Source of the DNA: Patescibacteria group bacterium
Lineage (GTDB): Bacteria; Patescibacteriota; Minisyncoccia; 2-02-FULL-40-12
Reading direction: 5' to 3'
NCBI GenBank assembly: GCA_038065855.1
Contig: JBBTQD010000007.1
Location: 1 to 55,249 of the forward strand
Length of the DNA stretch: 55,249 nt
Below are positions 26,744 to 34,604 of this stretch, in pieces. The stretch's first letter is position 1. The number at the start of each line of letters is the position of its first letter. The notes under the pieces were generated by a model, which did not search any database, was not told the origin of the DNA, and worked only from the letters and a program-made list of their open reading frames with translations. Position numbers and translations under genes: made by a program.

Positions 26744-28026
26744 TGACCCAAAATGAAGTTAGAAAAAAATTTATAGACTTTTTTGAAGAACGAGGTCATA
26801 AATTAATTCCATCTAGTTCACTTACTTCTGACGACCCATCAGTTCTTTTTACAACTGCTGGAGTACAGCAATTAAAAAAGTATTATACCGGCGAAGCCGA
26901 TCCGATAAAAGACTTTGGGATCCGTCGGTTAATATCGATTCAGAAATCTTTAAGGACTACTGACATTGATGAAGTAGGAGATACAAGTCATGGTACATTT
27001 TTTGAAATGTTGGGCTATTTTTCTTTTGGGGATTACTTTAAAAAAGAAACAATAGAATGGACTTATGATTTTATAGTAAATGGATTGGGACTTTCCAAAG
27101 AGAGGATTAGGCCGACTGTTTTTGGCGGCGATAGTCAGGCGCCATTTGATAAAGAATCTTTTGAAATATGGAAATCATTAGGTTTTGAAAATAAACAGAT
27201 TAGCTTAGGCATTAGGAAAGATAATTTTTGGGGGCCAATAGGAGACGAAGGCCCTTGCGGGCCGGCTAATGAAGTTTACATTGATGGCATAGAAATAGGC
27301 ACTTTAGTTTTTAATGAATATTTCTGCAATAAAAATAAAGAATTAATACCGTTAAAACAAAATGGCGTGGACGTAGGTTTAGGTTTTGAAAGAATATTAA
27401 TATTTACGCAAAAAGTTCCATCGGTTTACGAAACCGATCTTTTCGCACCGATAATAACTGAACTAAGAAGTAAAAACTTGTATGATCATGATTATGATTT
27501 TAATCAAAGATCCGAAAGAATAATTGCCGATCATTTGAAAGCCAGCACTTTTGTTATTTCTGAGGGGATTGTACCGTCTAATGTAGAAAAGGGCTACGTT
27601 TTAAGGCGGCTAATCAGAAAAATAATGAGGCATTCAAAAAAGCTGAATTTAGCTAATGATTTTTTGCAACGTTCTGTAGAAACGATAATAAACATTTATA
27701 AAGAATATTATCCCGATCTGGAAAAAAATAAGAAAAAAATATTGGAAATATTCAATGAAGAGTTTAAAAAATTCAGAAAGGCTCTTGATAAAGGGATAAA
27801 GGAATTTGAAAAAGGCATTATAGAATTTAAAAATAGAGACCAAAAAATGATTCCGGGAGTTTATGTTTTTGGTATTCAACAAAGTATGGGGGTTTCGTTG
27901 GATATTATGCAGGACATTGCTAAAGAAAAAGATATGGAGATAGATCTCAAAGGTTTTAAAGAAGAAGAAAAAAAACACAAAGAAATTTCAAAAGTAAATC
28001 AAGAAAAAAAATTTATAAAACTATAA
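26743..28026 (+). CDS. alaS: alanyl-tRNA synthetase, aminoacylation plus tRNA-recognition domains only (no editing or C-Ala domains)
   Basis: FIDFFEERGHK, FTTAGVQQ, FFEMLGYFSFGDYFK, WGPIGDEGPCGPANE, GLGFERI, ADHLKA and YVLRRLIRK motifs. The ORF stops after 427 aa in a K/E-rich tail. Confidence 0.8.
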   Translation: MTQNEVRKKFIDFFEERGHKLIPSSSLTSDDPSVLFTTAGVQQLKKYYTGEADPIKDFGIRRLISIQKSLRTTDIDEVGDTSHGTFFEMLGYFSFGDYFKKETIEWTYDFIVNGLGLSKERIRPTVFGGDSQAPFDKESFEIWKSLGFENKQISLGIRKDNFWGPIGDEGPCGPANEVYIDGIEIGTLVFNEYFCNKNKELIPLKQNGVDVGLGFERILIFTQKVPSVYETDLFAPIITELRSKNLYDHDYDFNQRSERIIADHLKASTFVISEGIVPSNVEKGYVLRRLIRKIMRHSKKLNLANDFLQRSVETIINIYKEYYPDLEKNKKKILEIFNEEFKKFRKALDKGIKEFEKGIIEFKNRDQKMIPGVYVFGIQQSMGVSLDIMQDIAKEKDMEIDLKGFKEEEKKHKEISKVNQEKKFIKL

Positions 28027-28030
28027 AACT

Positions 28031-29539
28031 ATGAAAATAATAAATATCGCTTCAGGCGACAATTTTCAAGATATTCTAGCAGCAGTCAGAGAATCCGGAT
28101 CTGACAACTTAATTTTAATTGTTCCAAAATCAAACCCGGTCTTTAAAAATAAAAGTAAACTGGAAAAGTTGAAAGCCCATTTCGACAAGTTAAAAAAGGA
28201 AGTTTCAATAATTTCTTCCGGACAAAAAATCGTTGAAGCGGGCGCTAAAGGCAATAACTCCAAAAAAGATAAAGACCTGTTTTCTTTCTATTCAGAATTT
28301 TCAAGAAAGATGCCGGCAAACTCCGAACGAAGCCGCGAAGGCTCACGGCGCGCCTCTGCTTCGTACGGGGCAAGGCCGCCGTCCCGTCTAAAGGGGCTGC
28401 TGCAAAAAGATTCCAAAAAATTCATCTTAATTCTTCTCGGCTCTGCCATCGGTTTATTTATTTTCATCGTCCTTGCTTCTTTAAGCGAAGTAAATATAAA
28501 AATAATTCCCCGTAAAAGCGATTTTTCGGTAAATATACCAGTGGTTATTTTAACTGATATCACCAAAAATGATGAAGTCTATGGAATGGTGCCGGGCCAA
28601 TGGATTGAAATTGAAAAAGTAATTTCTAAAATATTTACTTCAAGCGCCGAGAAAGACGTTTTTCAAAAAGCCAAAGGCAAAGCCGTCATTTATAATAATT
28701 TCAGCGCTTCGCCCCAGATTTTAGTGGCCACAACAAGGTTTCAAACAGCCGAAGGACTGGTTTTCAGGATTCCTAAAGCAATAATTGTGCCCGGACAAGC
28801 TAAAATCGGCAATGAATTTAAACCCGGCGAGATAGAAGTTGAAATTGTCGCTGATCGGGCCGGCGAAGAATATAATATCGAACCTTCTGATTTCAGAATA
28901 CCAGGGTTTCTGGGCAGCCAAAAATATCAAGGTTTTTATGTAAAATCATTTGAAAAATTTTCAGGCGGTTTTGTCGGCCGATCCAGTTTTGTAAGCAAAG
29001 AAGATCTTGAAAAAGCCAAAGAAATTATAAAAGAACAAGGGATCAGGCAAGTGAAAGCAGAGCTAAGTCTATTGGATAATTTTAAAATTTTAGATGAAGC
29101 TTTAAGTATAGAAATGGAAAAAACCGACGATTCAAATAAAGCCGGCGATCTAGCTAAGGAGTTTAAAGTTGATTTTAAAATTAAAGCAAGGATAATAGTT
29201 TTTAAAGAGCAGAATATTACTGATTTTATTTCTCGGTATGTTAAAAATTCCCAAAACTTATCAGTGGTGGAAAACAGCCTTAAAATAAATTATGACCAGC
29301 CGAAATTAAACGAAGAAAAAAGGGAATTGTCTTTTAAATTGGTTTCTTCCGGCCAGACTATTCAAAATATAAACAAAGAGAAGATAATTTCGGATATTGT
29401 CGGGAAAAAGATGAGTGATGCTGATTCTTATTTCAGTAGTTTAAACGAAATTGAATCAGTCCGAATTTCTTCTCCTTTTTGGATGAGAAAAATACCAGAG
29501 AACGGCAGAAGAATAAATATTGAATCAGCGATTGAGTAA
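28031..29539 (+). CDS. hypothetical single-pass membrane protein (502 aa)
   Basis: Long ORF with the local codon style. Cytoplasmic N-domain, Arg/Ser-rich linker, TM helix FILILLGSAIGLFIFIVLASL, and a large C-terminal domain. No motif recognised. Confidence 0.5.
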   Translation: MKIINIASGDNFQDILAAVRESGSDNLILIVPKSNPVFKNKSKLEKLKAHFDKLKKEVSIISSGQKIVEAGAKGNNSKKDKDLFSFYSEFSRKMPANSERSREGSRRASASYGARPPSRLKGLLQKDSKKFILILLGSAIGLFIFIVLASLSEVNIKIIPRKSDFSVNIPVVILTDITKNDEVYGMVPGQWIEIEKVISKIFTSSAEKDVFQKAKGKAVIYNNFSASPQILVATTRFQTAEGLVFRIPKAIIVPGQAKIGNEFKPGEIEVEIVADRAGEEYNIEPSDFRIPGFLGSQKYQGFYVKSFEKFSGGFVGRSSFVSKEDLEKAKEIIKEQGIRQVKAELSLLDNFKILDEALSIEMEKTDDSNKAGDLAKEFKVDFKIKARIIVFKEQNITDFISRYVKNSQNLSVVENSLKINYDQPKLNEEKRELSFKLVSSGQTIQNINKEKIISDIVGKKMSDADSYFSSLNEIESVRISSPFWMRKIPENGRRINIESAIE

Positions 29540-29553
29540 ATTGAGCAACGGAG

Positions 29554-29582
29554 TTGCATTTTTGTTTTAATCGTATTATAAT
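29554..29582 (+). promoter_or_regulatory. sigma70-like promoter candidate for the infA-rpmJ-rpsM operon
   Basis: TTGCAT (29554-29559), 17-nt spacer, TATAAT (29577-29582). Preceded by a short hairpin GCAAC-GGA-GTTGC plus a T-rich run (29545-29568). Confidence 0.45.
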
Positions 29583-29594
29583 TAATGAGCGCTA

Positions 29595-29807
29595 TTGAAT
29601 AATAAAACTAAAAACATAAAAGAGGGCTTAATCACGGAAAGTCTGCCTAACGCTTATTTCAGGGTCGGGCTTCCAGACGGCAAATTAGTTTTAGCCCATA
29701 TTTCAGGAAAGATGAGGCTTTTTTATATCCGAGTAATGATCGGCGACAGGGTTTTAGTTGAATTAAGCCCGGATGGCGAAAGAGGAAGGATAGTGAAAAG
29801 ATTATGA
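29595..29807 (+). CDS. infA: translation initiation factor IF-1
   Basis: S1-like fold sequence LPNAYFRV ... LAHISGKMR ... [18 protein letters not shown] start. Confidence 0.85.
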   Translation: MNNKTKNIKEGLITESLPNAYFRVGLPDGKLVLAHISGKMRLFYIRVMIGDRVLVELSPDGERGRIVKRL

Positions 29808-29917
29808 GAGTTCAGTCGTCTATAAAAAAAATTTGCCAGAACTGTAAAATTGTCCGGAGAAAAAAACGTTTGTATTGTATTTGCAGGAATCCAAAACATA
29901 AACAACGTCAAAAATAA
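29804..29917 (+). CDS. rpmJ: 50S ribosomal protein L36
   Basis: Not in the ORF track (37 aa). Translation is [41 protein letters not shown] overlap with infA. The stop abuts the rpsM ATG. Confidence 0.85.
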   Translation: MRVQSSIKKICQNCKIVRRKKRLYCICRNPKHKQRQK

Positions 29918-30304
29918 ATGCCGCGTATTTCAGGAGTTAATATCCCAGACAACAAAAGACTTCAAATTGCTTTAACTTATATTTACGGGATAGGGCCGGC
30001 TTTGACTAAGCTTATTTTAAAAACTGTCGGCATGAATCCAGATAAACGGGCCAAAGAATTGACCAGTGATGAGATAAATAAAATTCAAAGCGTTATAGAA
30101 AAAAATTATCAGGTTGAAGGAGAATTAAGAAGGGAAATTTTGGAGAATATCAAAAGATTAAAAGAAACGGGGGCTTGGCGGGGGATAAGGCATGCCAGAA
30201 AACTGCCGGTTCACGGCCGGACCAAGACTAATTCAAGAACTTTGCGCGGCAATATCAGAAAAACTATGGGTTCCGGGAGAAGGCCACCGGCAAAACCAAC
30301 TTAA
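29918..30304 (+). CDS. rpsM: 30S ribosomal protein S13
   Basis: MPRISGVNIPDNKR ... GIGP ... RGIRH ... HGRTKTNSRT. Confidence 0.9.
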   Translation: MPRISGVNIPDNKRLQIALTYIYGIGPALTKLILKTVGMNPDKRAKELTSDEINKIQSVIEKNYQVEGELRREILENIKRLKETGAWRGIRHARKLPVHGRTKTNSRTLRGNIRKTMGSGRRPPAKPT

Positions 30305-30339
30305 AGATGCATCAAAGTAAAGTATAGAGATATCTGATT

Positions 30340-30783
30340 ATGGGTAAAAAACGCATTATTGCTAAATCAACCGAAGAAACATTGGCCATTGATAAAGGAG
30401 TTGAAGTTAAGGTTTCAAAAAAAACCGCTAAAAAACAAGTAATCAAAGGCAATATTTTTATAAACTCAAGTTTCAACAATACGATTGTCACCGTAACCGA
30501 TGGAAAAGGAGATGTTATCGCCTGGGCTTCGGCCGGTAATCTTGGATTTAAAGGTACAAGAAAATCCACGCCTTTTGCCGCTACTTTGGTCGGTAAGGCG
30601 GCTGCGGAAAAAGCTAAAAGATTCGGCTTTGCCGAGGCTGAAGTTTATGTCAGAGGGGTCGGTCCCGGACGCGAAGCTGCAATCAGAGGGCTTTCTTCGA
30701 CCGGTATAGATATTAGAGGAATAATTGATAGAACGCCTGTTCCGCACGGCGGAGTTAAACCGCCAAAACCTAGAAGAGTTTAG
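30340..30783 (+). CDS. rpsK: 30S ribosomal protein S11
   Basis: NNTIVTVTD.KGDVIAWASAG..GFKGTRKSTPFAA ... TPVPHGG.KPPK.RRV. Confidence 0.9.
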   Translation: MGKKRIIAKSTEETLAIDKGVEVKVSKKTAKKQVIKGNIFINSSFNNTIVTVTDGKGDVIAWASAGNLGFKGTRKSTPFAATLVGKAAAEKAKRFGFAEAEVYVRGVGPGREAAIRGLSSTGIDIRGIIDRTPVPHGGVKPPKPRRV

Positions 30784-30815
30784 TCAGAAGTTTAAAAGTT
30801 TAAAGTTTAAAAAAA

Positions 30816-31454
30816 ATGGCTAGATATACTGGACCAAAAGAAAAAATTGAAAGACGATTTGGCGAAAAGCTTTTTTTGAAAGGTGAGCGTTCTTATTCTT
30901 CAAAAGCGGCAATTGTAAAAAAACCTTATCCGCCGGGAATGCACGGCAGAAAAACAAAAAATAGAAAATTTTCCGAATACGGCCTTCAGCTGGTTTCAAA
31001 ACAAAAAATCAGGACTATTTATCGGGTTTTAGAAAAACAATTCAGAAAATACATTGATCAGTCTTTAAAATCAAAAGGCGATTCGGGTGAGGCCTTGGTC
31101 CAAAATCTGGAAAGAAGGCTTGATAATGTTGTTTTCAGAATGGGTTTTTCAGACGCCAGAGATACGGCCAGACAGCTTGTAAACCACAGCCATTTCTTGG
31201 TCAATGAAAAACCTGTTAACATTCCTTCTTTTAAGGTTAAGGTCGGAGATACCATAAAAATAAAGCCGAATAATCTGGGAAATAGATATTTTTCTTCTTT
31301 TTTACCCAGATTTTTTAAAAAATACCAGCCGCCTTTGTGGCTGGCCGTCGATAAAGAAAGTTTTATCGGCAGAGTGAAAAATTTGCCGAGTTTAGCCGAA
31401 AGTGGCCTTGACCACAAAGACATCCAGGCGATAATAGAATTTTATTCCCGGTAG
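30816..31454 (+). CDS. rpsD: 30S ribosomal protein S4
   Basis: MARYTGPK N-terminus and the S4 RNA-binding domain LERRLDNVVFRMGF ... ARQLVNHSHFLVN. Confidence 0.9.
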   Translation: MARYTGPKEKIERRFGEKLFLKGERSYSSKAAIVKKPYPPGMHGRKTKNRKFSEYGLQLVSKQKIRTIYRVLEKQFRKYIDQSLKSKGDSGEALVQNLERRLDNVVFRMGFSDARDTARQLVNHSHFLVNEKPVNIPSFKVKVGDTIKIKPNNLGNRYFSSFLPRFFKKYQPPLWLAVDKESFIGRVKNLPSLAESGLDHKDIQAIIEFYSR

Positions 31455-31531
31455 TAGAAATTCGGTAGGTCGCTTAAGCGACAAATAACCGAATGGTATG
31501 CCGAATTTTCTTTGCCGGATATTCAAATAAT

Positions 31532-32317
31532 ATGTCCATACTTATCGGAGAATTAAAAGTAGTCGAAAAACAGGGGAACCGGGCGGTTTTTGAAATCAGC
31601 CCTCTTTATACCGGATATGGCGCGACCATAGGCAATTCATTGAGGCGGGTTTTGCTTTCATCAATGGAAGGAGCAGCAGCAGTTAAAATTAAGATGGAAG
31701 GCGTGCCTCATGAATTTACAACTATCCCGGGCGTTTTAGAAGATGTGGTGGATATAATTTTAAATTTAAAACAAGTCAGATTTAAATTATCCGGCCTTGA
31801 TTCGGCTAAAGTCGCATTAGCCGTAAAGGGCGAAAAAGAAGTTAAAGCCGGCGATTTAAAGCTTCCTACCGGCGCCAGTGTGGTTAATCCGGATCAACTA
31901 ATCTTAACAATCAGCGACAAGAAAGCCGAAGTGAATATGGAAATAGAAATAGAGAAAGGCATTGGCTATGTGCCGGTTGAACAGAAACAAAAGGAAAAAC
32001 TTTCAGTGGGAGAAATAGCCATTGATGCGATTTTCAGCCCGGTGAAAAGGGTTAGTTTCCAAATTGAAAACATCAGAATAGGGGATAAAACCGATTACAA
32101 TAAATTATTCATAGACATTGAAACAGATGGCAGCGTTGCTCCTGAAGAAGTTTTAAAAAAAGCAGTCGAAATTTTGCTTGAGCAGTTTAAAACCATAGGC
32201 GACAGCGAGAGTTTAAAGTTAGGTTTAGAGCCGGCCAACGGAAAAAAGCTGCCGTCTCCTGAAAGTAAAGAAGATGAGCCTAAGAAGAAAAGAGGAAGAC
32301 CGAGAAAAGTTAGTTGA
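31532..32317 (+). CDS. rpoA: DNA-directed RNA polymerase alpha subunit, N-terminal domain plus short basic AT-hook tail (no alpha-CTD)
   Basis: alpha-NTD motifs GYGATIGNSLRRVLLSS and IDAIFSPV.RVSF. I start at the ATG at 31532 (MSILIGEL) rather than the track start 31493. The protein ends ...EDEPKKKRGRPRKVS after 261 aa. Confidence 0.85.
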   Translation: MSILIGELKVVEKQGNRAVFEISPLYTGYGATIGNSLRRVLLSSMEGAAAVKIKMEGVPHEFTTIPGVLEDVVDIILNLKQVRFKLSGLDSAKVALAVKGEKEVKAGDLKLPTGASVVNPDQLILTISDKKAEVNMEIEIEKGIGYVPVEQKQKEKLSVGEIAIDAIFSPVKRVSFQIENIRIGDKTDYNKLFIDIETDGSVAPEEVLKKAVEILLEQFKTIGDSESLKLGLEPANGKKLPSPESKEDEPKKKRGRPRKVS

Positions 32318-32340
32318 TTAGTCAAATAGTTGATTAGTTT

Positions 32341-32688
32341 ATGCGGAAGAGAAAAAAGGGGAAAAAATTCGGGAGAGTCAAAGAACAGCACAAGGCTTTA
32401 TTCAGAAGCCTTGCTTCTTCGCTGGTGCTTCATAAAAAAATAAAAACCACCGAAGCCAAAGCTAAAGAATTGAGGCGGTTCATAGAACCACTGATTACTA
32501 AAGCCAAGGCGGGCGATCTTCATAAAAGACGCCAGGTCAGAAGATATTTGTCCAATTCAATCACCCAAAAACTGTTCAATGACATCGCTCCTTCGTATAA
32601 GGAAAGGAGCGGCGGCTATACCAGAATAATAAAATTGGCGCCCCGTGAATCTGATGGCGCGAAAATGGCCCAGATAGAATTGATATGA
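32341..32688 (+). CDS. rplQ: 50S ribosomal protein L17
   Basis: LASSLVLHKKIKTTEAKAKELRRFIEPLITKAK ... GGYTRI. Confidence 0.9.
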   Translation: MRKRKKGKKFGRVKEQHKALFRSLASSLVLHKKIKTTEAKAKELRRFIEPLITKAKAGDLHKRRQVRRYLSNSITQKLFNDIAPSYKERSGGYTRIIKLAPRESDGAKMAQIELI

Positions 32689-33020
32689 AAAAAATTGACG
32701 CGACAAATCAATCATTGGGACGACTGGCTTCAGAAGTAGCTTCGATTTTACGCGGCAAGACTAGTCCCAAGTTTCAACCCAATATTTTGTCTCGTGAAAA
32801 AGTCTTGGTTGAAAATGTTCAGAAAATAAAACTGACCGGGAAAAAAATGGAGCAGAAAAAGTATTATCATTATTCTGGCTACCCGGGTGGCTTGAAAGAG
32901 AAAAAAGTCAAAGACGTTTTCCAAAAGAATCCAAGCGAGGTTTTAAGAAGGGCGGTCTGGGGAATGCTGCCTAAAAATAGATTAAGGAAAGAAATGATAA
33001 AAAATCTTGAAATAAAATAA
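32685..33020 (+). CDS. rplM: 50S ribosomal protein L13 (short, 111 aa)
   Basis: LGRLASEVASILRGK ... YYHYSGYPGGLK ... AVWGMLPKN. Both termini are shorter than in E. coli L13 (142 aa). Confidence 0.85.
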   Translation: MKKIDATNQSLGRLASEVASILRGKTSPKFQPNILSREKVLVENVQKIKLTGKKMEQKKYYHYSGYPGGLKEKKVKDVFQKNPSEVLRRAVWGMLPKNRLRKEMIKNLEIK

Positions 33021-33021
33021 C

Positions 33022-33516
33022 TTGATGCCTAAAGAATCAACAAAGCCGAAAATAAAAAAAGAGGCGAAAAAAGAAAAAGCCGTCGAAGAAATCGAAGAAA
33101 AAGAAAAATATCTTGAAGCAGTCGGCCGAAGAAAAGAATCAGTCGCCCGAGTGAGGCTTTTTACTAAAAAAGCCGGCGATAAGTTTCCCGAGAACAAAGG
33201 CCTTATTTCAATTAACCAAAAGCCCTATCAGGAGTATTTTAAAGATTCATTTCTTCAAAACGAGGTTGAGGAACCGTTGAAAAAATTGAAATCGCTGGAT
33301 AGGTTTAAGGGCTCTGTAAGGGTTGGAGGCGGGGGATTAAAAGGACAAGCCGAAGCGATTCAACTTGGAATATCGCGGGCTTTGGTTTTGTTTGACGTTA
33401 ATTACAGAAAGAAACTCAAAAAATTAGGCTACTTAACCCAGGATTCCCGGGTCAAAGAGCGCCGAAAGTACGGTCTCAAAAAAGCAAGGAAAGCCCCCCA
33501 GTGGGCCAAAAGATAG
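33022..33516 (+). CDS. rpsI: 30S ribosomal protein S9 (with K/E-rich N-terminal extension)
   Basis: GRRKESVARVRL ... GGGLKGQAEAIQLGISRAL ... DSRVKERRKYGLKKARKAPQWAKR. Confidence 0.9.
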   Translation: MMPKESTKPKIKKEAKKEKAVEEIEEKEKYLEAVGRRKESVARVRLFTKKAGDKFPENKGLISINQKPYQEYFKDSFLQNEVEEPLKKLKSLDRFKGSVRVGGGGLKGQAEAIQLGISRALVLFDVNYRKKLKKLGYLTQDSRVKERRKYGLKKARKAPQWAKR

Positions 33517-33617
33517 CGAGGGTATGTTTGATTGTATAAAGCTACCTCGGGCATAACCGTATTTGCCGGTAACAATTGATGGTGGAGGATCCATAATTAT
33601 CGGCAAATTTTAGTGAA
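33516..33617 (+). repeat. hairpin-containing intergenic element, copy 1
   Basis: In order: GCGAGGGTAT (33516-33525), GTATAAAGC (33534-33542), a 12-bp hairpin ATTTGCCGGTAA / TTATCGGCAAAT (33561-33572 / 33597-33608) with a 24-nt loop containing GGTGGAGG, then TTTTAGTGAA. Homologous to the reverse complement of 14592..14755. Confidence 0.7.
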
Positions 33618-33649
33618 ATAAAATAATGTTGTGGGTGAGCAAGGTAAGT

Positions 33650-34531
33650 TTAAATCCTCACCTCATTCCTTCCTCCAGTCCCGTCCACTTCCACGAAATA
33701 GGTTTTACCGCTTTCGGTAAGAAAAACCAGGTGCCAGCCGGTTTTGAACCAAAAAGCCTCTTTTATTTTTTCACTGATTCTTAAAACCAGCTCTTTGTGG
33801 TTTTTTTTGAAATAAGGCGGGCCGTTATCATCCTTAAGCCATAGAACAGTTATTTCATTTGGGCCGACTACGGCTAGTTTTCTGTTGTCCGGCGATAAAA
33901 TAAGGTCATTAGCCGGCAAAGAATGAATCTCTATCCATTGGCCCCTCGAATCCAGCAAGAAGATTCCCGGCGCTTTAAAATCATAAGAAGCTAGATAGAT
34001 ATTCTCCTGCAGGATTTTTAAACTAAAATTTTTTATATAAACCGACTCGGAAGAAATTTTTTCTATTTTTTCATCTCCGAGCTCCCGGTAGAGAAGGCCG
34101 TCGGTTTTGTTTATAAAATAGTTTAGATTTTCTTTTGTCGGTTTAGAGTTTTCAATAAAACCATTTATCTCTTCGGTCTCGGCTAGATATAGATTGGCTA
34201 ATTGGCTTGCTTCGCCGGATTTGATTTCAACGATCTTATTTAAAATTGAGAATCCTTCTTTTTGAAATTTTAATTCATACTTTCCGGGCAAAAGGTTTTT
34301 TTCGACAAATGTGTTTGATAGAAATGAAGTTTTGCCTTTAAGCTGACCATCAATATAAACTCTGACTCCGTCTATATTCGCTTTAACCAAAAGGCCTCCG
34401 GTTTCTATCCATTTTAAATTTTTAAAATCGAGCTGGTAGCCATAGGCATATAGTATGATCAGATAGCTTAAAATAAAAAAAGAAAGAAACGAGCCGATTA
34501 AAATCAGGTTCTTGATCCTTTTGGTCATCAA
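33650..34531 (-). CDS. membrane-anchored PEGA-domain protein with beta-rich C-terminal region
   Basis: N-terminal TM helix. PEGA-like VRVYIDGQLKGKTS ... LLPGKYELKFQKEGF. The rest is beta-strand-rich and unrecognised. Confidence 0.45.
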   Translation of the reverse strand: MMTKRIKNLILIGSFLSFFILSYLIILYAYGYQLDFKNLKWIETGGLLVKANIDGVRVYIDGQLKGKTSFLSNTFVEKNLLPGKYELKFQKEGFSILNKIVEIKSGEASQLANLYLAETEEINGFIENSKPTKENLNYFINKTDGLLYRELGDEKIEKISSESVYIKNFSLKILQENIYLASYDFKAPGIFLLDSRGQWIEIHSLPANDLILSPDNRKLAVVGPNEITVLWLKDDNGPPYFKKNHKELVLRISEKIKEAFWFKTGWHLVFLTESGKTYFVEVDGTGGRNEVRI

Positions 34532-34604
34532 GCAATATTTTATAATTTAACTATAATTTAGTCAATTTGTTTTAAATAATGATTTCTGCTAATTTTTTAA
34601 GATT

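Noticed and set aside
30784-30815. Short direct repeats in ribosomal-operon spacers: AGTTTAAA x3 at about 30788-30811, and TAGTTGATTAGT x2 at 32311-32338.
   Set aside because: These are very short, AT-rich, stop-codon-dense spacer sequences, most likely simple slippage products. They are mentioned only in connection with the cysS/dnaB heptamer repeat.
31493-31531. Upstream-extended starts given by the ORF track for rpoA (31493), the recombinase (40529), efp (47007) and cysS (49079).
   Set aside because: The extensions add hydrophobic or odd residues before well-conserved N-termini and overlap the preceding genes. Internal ATGs at 31532, 40565, 47031 and 49103 reproduce canonical N-terminal sequences.
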